From Lepidodermella squamata (taxonomy: Eukaryota > Animalia > Gastrotricha), in contig JBLDXI010000038.1 in the NCBI GenBank assembly GCA_047495785.1, positions 124,001-188,000 of the forward strand: a DNA stretch of 64,000 bases, given 5' to 3'. A program made the translations under genes and the position numbers. Shown here in pieces: positions 36,545 to 49,364 of this stretch (position 1 is the stretch's first letter; each line of letters begins with the position of its first letter). The notes under the pieces are model-generated. The model saw nothing but the letters and a program-made list of their open reading frames with translations. It was not told the DNA's origin and made no database searches.

Positions 36545-39500
36545 TTAGTCTTCAGCACTTTTCTTTGAGCCTCGCCTCTTATGGCGACCACGACCCCCGC
36601 CACCATCACCATGACCACCACCTCCAATAGCATTGAGCCGGTTTTGCTCGAGCGCTTTGCCTTTCGCCGAGCGGAAGAACTTTTTCTTGAGCTCCTTCGT
36701 GTTTTTGAGCCGCTTCTCTTCGATCGCCTGCGCCAACATTTCTTTCTTAGCCCGGTGGGCGTTGCGATCAGCTTTTTTCGTCTTCTCTCGCTCCGCATAT
36801 AACGCCTTCATTTGCGTCATAAATTTCGCAACTTCCTGCTCGTGCGGCTCAAGAACGACAGCCGGCCGAGCAGCTTCCACCTTATCGCGTTCTTTCTGGA
36901 TTTCTCTTGGTTTCAACTTGAACGGCAACTCTTTTTGTAAAGCGTTCGGAATTTGAAGCGGGGCAAAATACCGCTCCTCGCGCCGTTCTGCTTTTCGGTA
37001 GAGAGAGTCCTTTTTCAACGGGGCTTTCAGGCCACGTTCGGCCCGCAATTGTCCGACCGTTTTCATCCCCTGCCACGTGTCCTTCTGCCCTGGCGGTAGC
37101 AGCAAATTTGTAACTGGGGCACAATATTTTGGGACATCGATTTGATACCAAGTGCGTAGAAACACAATATCACTGAGCAACACTTTGTCCTCAAAAGTTG
37201 CGCGAAAACCGCCAGGGAATTCAGCAGACACTGCCTTTTTAATTTGTCCTCGAATTCCAGACACAGTTCTGATTGCGGCACCTTCGAATTTCGCAACTTC
37301 AAGCGGCGAAGAAAACATGTCCTGTTAAAAAATAAAGACTAAAAATAAGGCCCAAAATAGGTCTTAAAAACCTACCTTAACAAAGGCAGTTTTCTTGTAA
37401 ATTTTATACGGAGCACCGACCAATTTGAGCTTCTTCACAATGCGAATTGAAGCATCAGTTTCGACTATACTGCCAGTGGCAGCAATTCGGAATTCGGGCT
37501 AAAAATTATAGGATTGAAAAAATGCTGAAAATCTTTGAAATAGTTACATTTGAGCCGGAAATGTTTTGAACCGCCAAGATGCCAGTACCTTGAGGCGCGA
37601 TTGGGCCCCAGAAAGTCGCCCAGCAATGCGTATTTTCTGGCGTGTATTTGATCAATCGATTTCGCAGATTGTGGTCTTGAATTGTGTACAACGGAGTTGT
37701 TTGAAACCGCCTCCAGCCAACTGACACGATAATCGGATCGCGATTTTTCAAGATTTTCTTCCCCCAGCGATGCTTCTTGAAACGACACTGCACACACCCG
37801 ACAGCTTCTTCCGACGTTAACAGACCACCGAGGATAACTGGGTAGCGTGGGTCGAAATTTGTGACGAATTCGTGCGGAACTTGGATAAGTTCGATTCTCG
37901 CGTATGTGCCAGGTCGGAAACCTTCCAGCTTATTGCGCACATCTTCGGGCAGCGATGAAAATTCTTCACGGTTGATTTTCGACTGCTCCTCGATTCTCGC
38001 CTTCCAGTCTTCGTAGAATTTCATCTCAGGCCGCATTTTCTTAGGGTCCTCTTCCTCCTCTTCCTCGCCGTCTCCGCCGGTTTTCGAGTTCATCTTACCA
38101 CCGGTTGCGTCGAATTCAGCATCAAACTGCTTCTTTTTCTCCATTTTCTTGCGCAGATAATCGTCATCTGCATCAAGGCTAGCTGCAGGAGGCTGTTCAT
38201 CTACATCATCGGCATCGTAATCATCCTCATCTTCGTTACTTTCGTCATCATCGCCCCCGAAATCACTCCCATTTCCAGCGTCATCACCCAGTTGCTCTAG
38301 GTCGATAAACCCGTCTCCGAGAGAATGATCAGCACGGGCTTTTCTTGCCATGTCGTCAGCTTTCAGCCTTTCCTCGGCGTCTTCGTTTTCCTCCCAAGTT
38401 CCGGTGACAAATAAATTTCCCAGAGCATCATCGTCCACCTCAACGACGCCCGTGCCGCGATAACTCACCGCTGTGTCTTCCAGATTCAACGAATTGTAAA
38501 ATGTGTCCTCTTTCGCTCTGCTAGCGGCCGAAAGTTTGAACAAACCACCAATGTCGCCTTCACCGTCTTCGTCCTCTTCATCTGACTGCTTTTCGTCTTG
38601 GTCAACGGCCTTGCCATAGATGGCGGAATCCAATTTGTGAGCAGTTGATTGAAATTTGTAAAAATCACGATGAGCTTTCTCGAGTAACTCGTTTTTCGAG
38701 GGCAGCAGCTGATCTTCCTCGTCATCACCGTCCTCGTCGTCATCATCGAACATGATTTTCCGCCTTTGCTTACTAGTGCTGTCTTCATCGTTGTTAACCT
38801 GAAGATTCATACCAGGAATGAGAGAAATTTCCGGCATTTCATCCATAGGGGTTATTTTCAAATCAGGTTTTTCCTGCGCCTCTTGATTTTTGAATGAATG
38901 ACTGCCACCGAGTTCAATATAAACGGCATCTCGATCGTAGACAATCCCGGCAAAACCGGAGAACGGGGCGTATAGCAGTCGTTCTTTTTCATTGAGAGAT
39001 CGACGGAGTCTTTTCCCGCTCTTTTCTGCTTCCCGAACAGCTTGCGCAGTGGGACAAGGGTCTGGAAGCTGGTCGATTGACTGAACCTGGAAATCTCCGA
39101 CCCCGGGTATGTGGATGTGAGATTGCGGTCGTAAGTGAGTACCTCGAACGTAACCGTAGATTGAAACATGCCGGTCTACCTTCTTATTTTTGTCGATTTC
39201 AGCCGGGTCGGTGATGTCTTCGATGCGATCAGCAACTAAGTAAGGATGGTTCAGCCGCCAGGTGATCGGGCGGAATTTCATCACCGTGAGAAACCGGGCC
39301 AGATTTTTCACATCTCGCTGGAGGTATTCTTCATTTGAAAAACCGGACAAGTAGAAGAACTTAGCACCTTGAACGACTTCAGACCAGAACCGGTGTTTTA
39401 GCTTCTTTTTCGTATTCTTCATTTTCTTGTCATTTTTAAAAACATCAAGATGGTTCAGCACACCCATAATTTTAGGGAAGCCATGAACTTGTAAAATGTT

Positions 39501-40010
39501 CAAAAACTCAAATGTTTCCATTTCGAAGCCAAAACTGGCGTCAACAAGTAATAACGCGAGGTCCGCAATTTTCCCAATATCGATCATCGCACTCAAATCA
39601 TTGGGGCATTCAATGAAAGTAATACGACGCTTTTTCCCAGCAACCACAGTGATAGGGCCAGTGATATTCGCCATTTTCTGACGGGTGAAATGCCGGACGA
39701 AGTTGCGAATCAACGTACTCTTCCCGACTTTAGGCGGGCCAACGACTGCAACAACAAATGGCGCTGGTTCAACTTGGCTAAATGTTGAATCAACAACCGG
39801 AATGTGAACCTTTCGCTCGATTTTATCCGCAGCTCGATGCACCTCTCTGCGCACTTTATTAACCGAACGAATGGCAAAAGCCTTCGGGTTACGTTGTTTA
39901 GCAGTAAGCACATTAGTAATTCCATCGCCTTTACTCTTCTTATCCTTCTTCTCCGCCTTGCGACCCGACTGCCTTTTACGGTGGGCCTTTTTTACTTCAG
40001 TATCTGACAT
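36545..40010 (-). CDS. BMS1: Ribosome biogenesis GTPase BMS1
   Basis: GPPKVGKST, IADLALLLVDASFGFEMETFEFLN, LEGFRPGTYARIE, FEGAAIRTVSGIRGQIKK. Two short introns near 37500-37547 and 37322-37375. Confidence 0.97.
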
Positions 40011-40112
40011 TCAATTATAATACCTATGAAGAGAGAACCAGCTCAATTAACATAGCGAAAAACTGTTTATTTACAGCACAATTTTTGAATGGAGTAACAA
40101 ATCGTACAATAT

Positions 40113-40536
40113 TTATTTAGTCCAGCTGACTTTCGGAACATCGAAATGCTCAGTTAACGACTCCAAGTGCCGATTGAATTCTACAATTCTTTCTTTATGA
40201 GACTTTTGAGATCGCTCCTCCAGCCATTTCTTGCTCTGCAAATTTTCCCGGTTGAATAAAATTAGCATTCAGCAGTTTGATCAAACTCACATTTCGTTGA
40301 CGAGCTTCTTCGAACGCTATTTCGGCTTTGGTCTTTGTCACTTTGAGCTGGGGCTGCGTGCTGGTAGACGAAGGAGGAGACTCGATTTTCGGGTCATCTT
40401 TCTTCTTCCTGCAATGATAATTATTCAGCGTGAAGAATCAGCTACATGAAAATTTCACTTACTTGGATACTTTACCAGAAGAAACGCCCTTCAGTTTGAG
40501 AGCACTTTTGTTAACGGCTTTATATTCACTCGACAT
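40113..40536 (-). CDS. FAM32A: Protein FAM32A homolog (3 exons)
   Basis: MSSEYKAVNKSALKLKGVS...KTKAEIAFE...SHKERIVEFNRHLESLTEHFDVPKVSWTK* after removing two short introns. Not recovered whole by the ORF track. Confidence 0.9.
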
Positions 40537-42686
40537 TTTAATAATAAAGACTATACAATACGCAACAAGCATTAGGGCATGTTTTTTATCTTTAAACATA
40601 AAAAAGAAATGCCATGCACGCCTCAGTGGTGAAAATTTGAACAATTTTCTGGGGTTGCATGTAAGACACCACTAACTGGCTTTGGTAGTGACAGATTCAA
40701 AAGACAGCTTTGAATATCATCTAAAGAGAGTATATAAAGAAAAGAATGGAGCGAAGTAAACTCAATGTATCAGTTTATTGCTATCGATTGAATCGACCTT
40801 CACATTCCTAACTTTACATGCAAGGGCGCAATTAAATATATTACGGATTTTCAAATAGAATAAGCAATTGTTTGGAAAGACGATAGAGGCATATCGAGTT
40901 ATTCGGCATGCATACTTGTAAAACACCGAATCAAAAAATCTCCAGCCTCCAGCTTTAGGATTAATTCCGCCAACTGGAGTCAAGAAGCTAAGAGATTGTC
41001 ACTAGCAGAAATTTCCAGAAACGATGGAGGAATTTCACGTACAAAGGCTCAGAGCAAATGATTCCGTGGAAAACATAAAAAAACTTACATGATATACATT
41101 ATTCCTAGTCATTAGAGGTTATATGCAATGTTTGGGAAAAACTGGTAGTTCCCTCTCCAGCGGTTTTATGCTGGAAGAGTCTCGAATCTCAGATCTCAGC
41201 GTATTCGCCTCTGCCGGGCCTTCGTTTTCTTTTCAGTCCCCCAACCTTTATATTTTGAAAATAAAATGCTTCTTAATTTGGTTTAGACACTCGTTGTAAT
41301 ACAAACCGTCAACATAAATTTAATGTTAAAAAATAAAAATAATTTTAGATGTTGAAGAAATCTTTCGAAAATAATATGTCCGTCATTTTTCGTCCCACAT
41401 TCGACACTTCATCGAAAGGTTCAGTTCAAAACAAAAACAGTTTTCTAGTATCACGACGTCCTGTGCCAACCTAAACAGCCGGTGAAATTCACGTGAAAGC
41501 AAGCCTAACCTGGTACCATTTAAGGCTATTGAACTAATTTCCTCCTTCTACGCTTCTTTTAAGCAAATACTGGACCACATTCCATTTTGTAACTGAATCG
41601 ATCCATTGATTTATGGTTGAAAACATCCGTTTCATTATAAACTTGATCAATCACTTGTAGAATCTTTGGGGGTGATCTGATGCCTAACTCTTGCGAGCTT
41701 AAATTTTTGAAGTTTGGTTGGTAATGCGCGCCATGTTTGAGCATTGTTTTCGGTTTATTTGAGACTTGAACTGTAAAATTTATTAAAGTCATGTTCCAGA
41801 TATGGACAGAATAAAACAGATTCTGTTCGTTCGTCAGATAGTTTCTGCAAATGCCTTGGTAAAATCATCATTGGTTTTTTACCGCCCCTGATAATTGAGC
41901 ATTGAGCCTCTTGTTTCTAAGTGGCAGGTGGAATAACTTTTCTGCGTAAAATTTGTAATTTCTTGTTGTTGCTCGCCAGGTGTTTGAATGTCACCCGACT
42001 TTGGAGTTTAGAGTCTATTTGTGACTTTTTTTGCTGCGTTGAGCCGATCTAATACATAATCGCTATTTTTGTATTGAAGTATCTGTCAACTGGTACTGTC
42101 CTGTACATTATATGGACCAATTTAAAGTGATCTGAAATCCTTGCATCTTGCATAATTCGCCATATTTTTCTATAAATATCTCATTAATAAACAGCCTTGG
42201 TGAGCACTATTCCTGCAAATGACAGAATGCGCTCTCTTTATGCGCTCTCTTCGTCGATTGATCATTACTATAATACTGCTGCCAAATCGCTATCAAGTAG
42301 TATATTTTAATGCGATGTATTCTGATAAAATAGGTGAATTCTTTTGGCTCCACTTAAATTTGAATATTAGATCATTTGCGCAAAATTTCATTTGAGTAAC
42401 TTAATTCTTCGTTTGATTCTTGATAGGTTATTTGATAAATCACTATACTTATCTTCTTCTTCTGCAACAGATCGGCATGAGAAATTATCACCTGCATGTT
42501 TAAATATTCCTTGTTTTAGATTTTTAAGAAATACGGAAATTACCAATGTGAACCGCCACTTATTACCTCAGTGGCTTTGATATGCGTTCTTACACAGACC
42601 AGCAATCCTTAATTATCGAAAAGCCGACTTGAGAAGCCGAACTGCTTCTCTCAAGTTTATTTTTCTATCCGGATTATTAACTGTTA

Positions 42687-45600
42687 ATGCTCGAACGCGA
42701 CCGCGTGCTTGTGGTACCTCCGGACGGTGGATGGGGTTGGATAGTCGTATTAGCCGCCTTTATGGTATGCGCTATTGTCGATGGCATAGCCATGAACGCA
42801 GCCACCATTTACGTCAACTTTCCATCCTTCATCCGCGCGATGAACGCTGAACACGCTAAACTACCCCCAGCACGATGCATCGCTTACCTGAATGGGTCAG
42901 AGACGGGATTCGACTATTTACCGTGTCCTATATTTAATACTTCTGCCGCGATCACCTTCGGACCAACATCGGTCGAAGGTAGCGCTGACAGTGAATCAGA
43001 ACCCACTTTCGAGCCAATGGCGAATTTCTTCATCGGAGCGACACTAATTTCGATTTACATGTTAATAGGTGAGCTCGTATTTCATATGCCTTAGTTACTA
43101 GGTTTCCTTCAGCACTGCGCAGTTAGGAAGTTGCTAAGTCGTTGCGTGGCATGATCATAACTCATCGAATTTTGAAGCGTGTGCTGAGGGCGTTGATGAT
43201 AATCATTACCGTCACATCGCCATCATGATCATATGTGCTATGCAGTTTCGATATTCATTTCTCCGATTTAGTCCATGCACATTACGCCTTTATTATGATC
43301 CAATAATATAAAGAGATGTGCGGTGGATCAGGATTTTCATCTATCATGCTACTCTCCTTCGTTCATTAATATAACGTTTTGATGTGTATGAGCTGAAGCA
43401 TTCGTGTGCTCAGTGTTTTCGCGTCCTACTTATTGTGTAGCAAAAAAAACGAAAAAACATCAATGCACACAGCTCTTTTACGTTATATTGTAAGTACTAC
43501 GCATAGCGTATATACAAAACGATAGCTCGTCACAATTATGTAAAAAAGGAAATGACAGCCTTGCCAGTATAAAAATACTGTACCATTTGCCGCAGTAGAA
43601 TTTACTGTCTATACTGTCGGTTTACCCTGGATTAATATCCATAAGAAAAAGAACGAAAGAATGATGAAAAAGGTTGATTATTGGATTTATTTGCATTCTC
43701 GTTTTTTCTACAGGTCCGTTCTCGGCCGCGCTCATCAACGTTTACGGTTCGAGACGAATTATTATTATTGGCTCCATTATCGCCGCAATCGGTTTCTCGC
43801 TGTCAGCTTTACTCATTGAGCACGAGCGAATCTTGCTGTTAACTCACGGTGTCGCAGGCGGTAAGACACACCTCCTTAATAAAGTAGAACGAATAAATCA
43901 TCCCATATTTGCTCATGGACAAAAAAATTGATGGAAATGCGTGAATTTTTTATGATCTAAATCGATGAGATAAGTTTATTTTTGACGTAATGGTAATTTG
44001 TCGTTATCTAGGCATTGGACTCGGCTTGATGAACGTCGGCGCTATCGTCTCTGTCGGTCTTTATTTTAACACGCGGCGTTCCCTGGCAATCGGTCTCGCC
44101 CTTTGCGGTTCTGGTGCTGGCATGACGATCGCACCCCTAGTTATCGAGCCGATTCTGACCGAACACGGACTTTACTACGCCTACGTTGTTTTGGCTTGTT
44201 TTTCGCTGCAGGGTGTGGTGGCCGGCGTTTTAGTGCGGCCATTGCGCCCAGTTTCATCGGATAAGAAACTACTCCATCGTCGCAAAGACGTTGTCGACCG
44301 CGTTCTGGAGTGGTCGAAAAATGTTAAACAAATTCGAGAGAGCGAGTCTTTAAACAGTCTCAACGACCCCGACAGCGTATTACGTCGCCGACAGGAGTTG
44401 ATGAAAACAAAGCAACAGCGCATTCTTAAACTGGAAATCGAGTCAGTACCGCAATCTGCTGTCGGTTCTCGGATGTCAATGGAAAATCAGCAAAGCTCTT
44501 ACCCGGCCGCATCTTCAGCGGCGCAAAACGAGGTAAAAAGAGGAACATGCTAATTTGCCCTAGTTTTGGTGCCATACTCAAAGAATGTGTCGATAAAAGC
44601 CGGATAAAAATAGCTACTCCACGTACTGGCTTCCGCTTGCGGACAGGAATTTCATTATTTGTCAGGGGAATACAAAAATTACGGGAATAGTATTAGAATA
44701 TTTTATGCGCGTCCGACTTTCGATTTTTTTCGTTCACACGAGCATTCATAGCAAGTCGCAGAAATAATCTATAAGCTAGATTCAACTCGAATTAAGCCGT
44801 GCGCGAAAATCGTCTACCGTCCCATTTTATTTCGTACGCTGCATAAGGTGTGATGAGCATTAATGTGTCTTAATTATACGGCATTTTCTTATCCGTACGA
44901 TAATAAGATGGTTCTTCAAAAGTGTGTTTTTTCGGAGTACTAAGGAAAATATGCCGCTCTCCGGTGTGAACCGTAAAGATATGAGGCTACTTGGCGCCAT
45001 CCCTATGCATATAATCAATAGCGTAGCCAAATATTGCGTGGACTACTTATTATTGAAAACCATTCAAGTTCTTAGGTGTTTGCTCGCTCCATCTGTATTT
45101 TTTCCAGTACTTGTTTGTGACGAAAATCGATGAGCTGATAAGTCATGTTGATGCTCGGAGACCCACTTCCGCGCTCGGTTTTTGAACATAGAAAATGTTC
45201 CCACCTCAGCGCTCATTAAATATTCATTAAACTAGAGAATTAGGTTAAACCACGCCATTGTGTTCATGTTACAAATAGCGAAAAAAAACAGCGGCGAAGC
45301 TCATCTCGAAAAGCGTGTCTTGAAGTAGTTGAACTGATATTTACAAATGCATAGCACTAGTTGAAAGCAGTTGATGTTAATAAAAAAAATTCATATAAGT
45401 ACTTGGATGAAAGACTAATTGTCTGTTTATCTTTCAGGCGTTGCTGTCACCATCGGTGAGAATAGATCCGGTGTTCTGTCAAGTGTTCGGCTCAGATCTG
45501 CTTTCCCCATTCCCACGACCAAACTCGTCGATCTCGGCATCTCCAGACCCTGGAGTGGGAGGTGCCTCATTTACACCCTCTCCTCCCCCTCAATTCGCCA

Positions 45601-48235
45601 ACTCCTCAGCGTTGATGAGCACATCGTCGGCCCTCGCGGCTGCCGGCATTACTTTCTTGCCAGAGCCGGGCAGCAACCCAGCGCCGCCGGTTTTCTTCCT
45701 CACGCTGCCGATGCCCGCTGCGATCCCCGCAACGGGTATCCAACTAAAGCGCGACGAACTGCCCTATTCTTTCACACGACCAGGTACATGCGTGTGCTCA
45801 GTGTTGCTCGACGGGGGCATGCTCGTCGCTTCGAATCTCCTGACGGCGGCAGCCAAATCTTGCCCAGAGTTGAACGAGAAGCGGCCGCTTTACGCAACGA
45901 CTGAGTTGCGATTGCGCCGCCGTCCAATAACTAGTAACGACGGGAAAGAAGAGGAAAAATCACCAGCAGCCAGCCAGTGTGCTGAAAATCATGAAAAAAT
46001 AAAAGCCGTGCAGAGTACGCCGCAATCGACGCGCCAACAGAGACGGAGGCGGCAGCGTTCATCTGAGAACCGGTTCGTGCCTTCAACGGGGCCGGTTTTC
46101 GAGGAAAGCCACTTCGGTCCGTTTATAGAAAATGAGGAAAGCGAGTCGCTGCTGCCTGTCGTCTCAATATCTCAAGCTCCGTTGCAGCCGCGGCGAATGA
46201 TCCGGCGGCGAACCGGGGCGATATTAGCCGAAGAAGCGGCTGATGCTCAAATAAATGATGACCCTATTTTGTTGGCTAACAATAATAATAACAATAATAA
46301 TGATAATCAGTTCAATAATGTTAATCCCGGACTGGCTCCGGCCAATGACGATGGTCTCGGGCGGGATTCGGGCATTTCTAACTCATCGTCCGGGCAGTCG
46401 GATACGTCGGACAAAGCCTCGCAGAAACAGTTGGCGTTAGACGACAGCACGGTGCTTCAAATGCTACAATTGCCAGCCTCTGCTGCTACGGCTGAGCATG
46501 AGCAGCTGCTGATCGAGGGCGACGACGAAGACGAGGGTGACGAGGATGAACCAGTCGGTGAGGAGCAGACCCAGTCGACCAAATCGTATATAGAAAGAAG
46601 GCGCCGGAGACGGCAGATGGTGTTGCAGCGGCGGGACAATGTCGCGGCATCGCTAGAACCGGCGCCTGATGAACTGCACACGAACGTGTTCAAGCACCTG
46701 CTGTCAGTCCTGGAGGCGATTCTCGATATTAGTTTGCTCAAAGATATCCGCTTCTGGGTCATTCTGTTCGGAAATCTCTTGTTGATGGTCACATTTCTGT
46801 TGCTGCCGCTCAATGCCGACGTCGTGAAAACGATTCGAGCCCTTGACTCGCTGCATTCACAGCATATGGCCGCTCAAATGTCTACCCCACCATCCGCACC
46901 CAACCCAGCCGCGTCTTACGCTGCCATGCCTGCGATGCCGATGACAGGCAACGACAGCATCAGCGATAGCAGCGGCGACTTCTCACTGACTGGCGACTCG
47001 GAACTGGATCTCGCCGAGCCCGCCGAGCCGATTCCGTGGACGCCTGACGACGACGATTTCGGACCTAGTGAGCTCTACGAACCGATGCCGCACATGTATG
47101 CCATACTACTGTCCGTTTGCGGCTGCACTCAGACCCTGGTGCGCGCCGTTGCCGGCTTCTTTGCTGACTACCCTCGCGTCGACGCAACCATAATGGTTAG
47201 TCTTTTTTGTAATATTTTTCAGTTTAATTTATCTGTCTGCACCTTCATTCGTCGTTGACGGGAATTGTCTTCGTGACTCATCATATTATATTTTCAGTTT
47301 TCGCGTAAAATAAGCTCGGTGAGCTTAGGATTACAGAGGATGACGCCCTAATTTTACGGATTGGCATGTACCACTTAGTACGCCGGCGCCTTCCTGCGGC
47401 TAGACGTCGATCGATACTTTGCGTTACGTAGTTCGAGCGCAGGCTAATACTACTGTCTGAGGTCTATAGTGATCTTCACGCTCAGGGGATTCAAAGTGGG
47501 ACGCAGCTAAATAACATAATTATAAAATAAAATAAAATAAGACGGGTAAGCATTTCGTAAAATGTTCTAGTATTCATTCGGTTAATAGATGCATTTCACC
47601 CGTGGTACTTTTTAATTGTAGAATAGAAAATTCATTATGTATTGGTGAAAATTAAGAATTAATGAATAAGCAAATGTAGTAAAAATCAGCTCACTGAAAG
47701 TGTTTAAAATTGAATAATGTGATAACGTTTATTTCATTTTTTCAACCAGGTTGCTGTTGCCATGGCGATTGGCTCAGTCGCATTCTTGCTGCTCGGCCTC
47801 GAGTCAATATTGATGATGGGTATCGGCGTGTTTTTCGCCCTCCTCGTCGTCGTGTCGGCGTGCTCCGGTGTCTTTTTCGCTCTTGCCACAACCGTAATTG
47901 TAGACACATTCGGCGTCGACCGACTCACATCGTGTTTCGGCATGATCACTATGATCCGTGGTCTGGCACCCTACGTCACCATCGGTTTCATGTTATCCGT
48001 GTCGCAGCTGATCGAAAGCCAACAGCTTGACAACTCTAACGACCTACTACCCTTCCGCATAGCCTGTATCCTTTGCGCTGCACTCGTTTTCATCTGCGCT
48101 ATCCTGCACGCCCTGCTCTACTGGCTGCGAAAACAGCCGTCTAAGTCGTTAGCAGTTCAGGCAGAAACAACTGAGGCTGATGCGAATCTCGACCCAATCG
48201 CCCTTCAACAACTGACTACACATCAAATTGAGTAG
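42687..48235 (+). CDS. SLC16 / monocarboxylate transporter family MFS protein with very long loops
   Basis: PPDGGWGWIVV signature, YFNTRRSLAIGLALCGSGAG, 12 predicted TMs. Exons ~42687-43068, 43714-43861, 44012-44532, 45439-47194 and 47750-48235. Confidence 0.9.
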
Positions 48236-49322
48236 TAGCAGTATTTGTTTAATTTGAAGCTTCTCTCCATTTGTTTTATTGCTTACATGAATCCACCTCT
48301 TCTCACTCCTTTACTGGTAAAAAATTGTACAGCATCGCTGTTTACAATAATAATTCGGGTACACAATAGCTTACTTCGGCCATGATAGCCCACCTTGACA
48401 GCAAAAGTTGTGTGTAATTTCAATACTTAAAAATTATTTACAAACTCTAACCTCCTACTACTTCTAAAGAGATGGAACTGGTAAAAACAAGATGGTCTAT
48501 TTACACAAAAACGGGCGGACACGTACTTTTCATCACGCATTTATTGTTTTGCTGTATGTATATATACATATTATAGTATTATACAACACTGTCGTACTGT
48601 TCATATTTTCCTATTTTAAACTTATAATAATCGTGCTCTACACAGAAAGACATCGGGCGAGCAGCTCGATTTTCTTATAATACTTTGATATTCTAGATAC
48701 AAAGAAGGAAATGATAAATGGCGATGGTTGTGCGTGTGTATAAGTCTGTTATTTATAGCTGGAATGTTTGTTTCGTGGGAATTGATGACACATTCGTATT
48801 TCCCTTTCCATAAGAAATTTAACTGCGGTTTACTTGCGTCAGTTGCACCAATTATCAACTGTGAAATTGTGTCGCAAAAATATGAAGTGAACACAAAAGA
48901 GCACCTTCTGATGTGAACTTGTAAACTATGATTGCCACACTTGTGATGGATGGCTGCTTTATCTTGATTGTTTCGATACGGTCGTTACCGTGTTTTCGCT
49001 ATGTAATTTAACTCGAGTTTATATCTTCTCTCCCGTCTCGATGTCTTTTTCCAAGGCGGCATCGAACCATATTGTTCGGGGATTACACGATATTTTTGAA
49101 TTGAGGAAAGAGTGGAATCGGCAAATTTTTGTGATTTCGATGTTTTAGCGCGTGGTGAAGCAAAAAAATTGAGTGAAAGAAAACAACAAAATAAAAATCT
49201 GAAAACATTACATCGCGTTATCATTCACCAACATTTCGTGAGGCAACGCCTAGGTAACAGGCGTGTTAATTGCTGCTTCTATTTATGTCTCGCTCTCCAA
49301 TGATGTGGTATTCGTGAATTTG

Positions 49323-49364
49323 TCTCAGTTACAGGCACTCTCAGTTACAGGCTCTAGTTACAAG
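49323..49364. repeat. Short tandem repeat (ctcagttacaggc)x2.5
   Basis: tctcagttacaggcac tctcagttacaggc tctagttacaagc. Confidence 0.7.
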
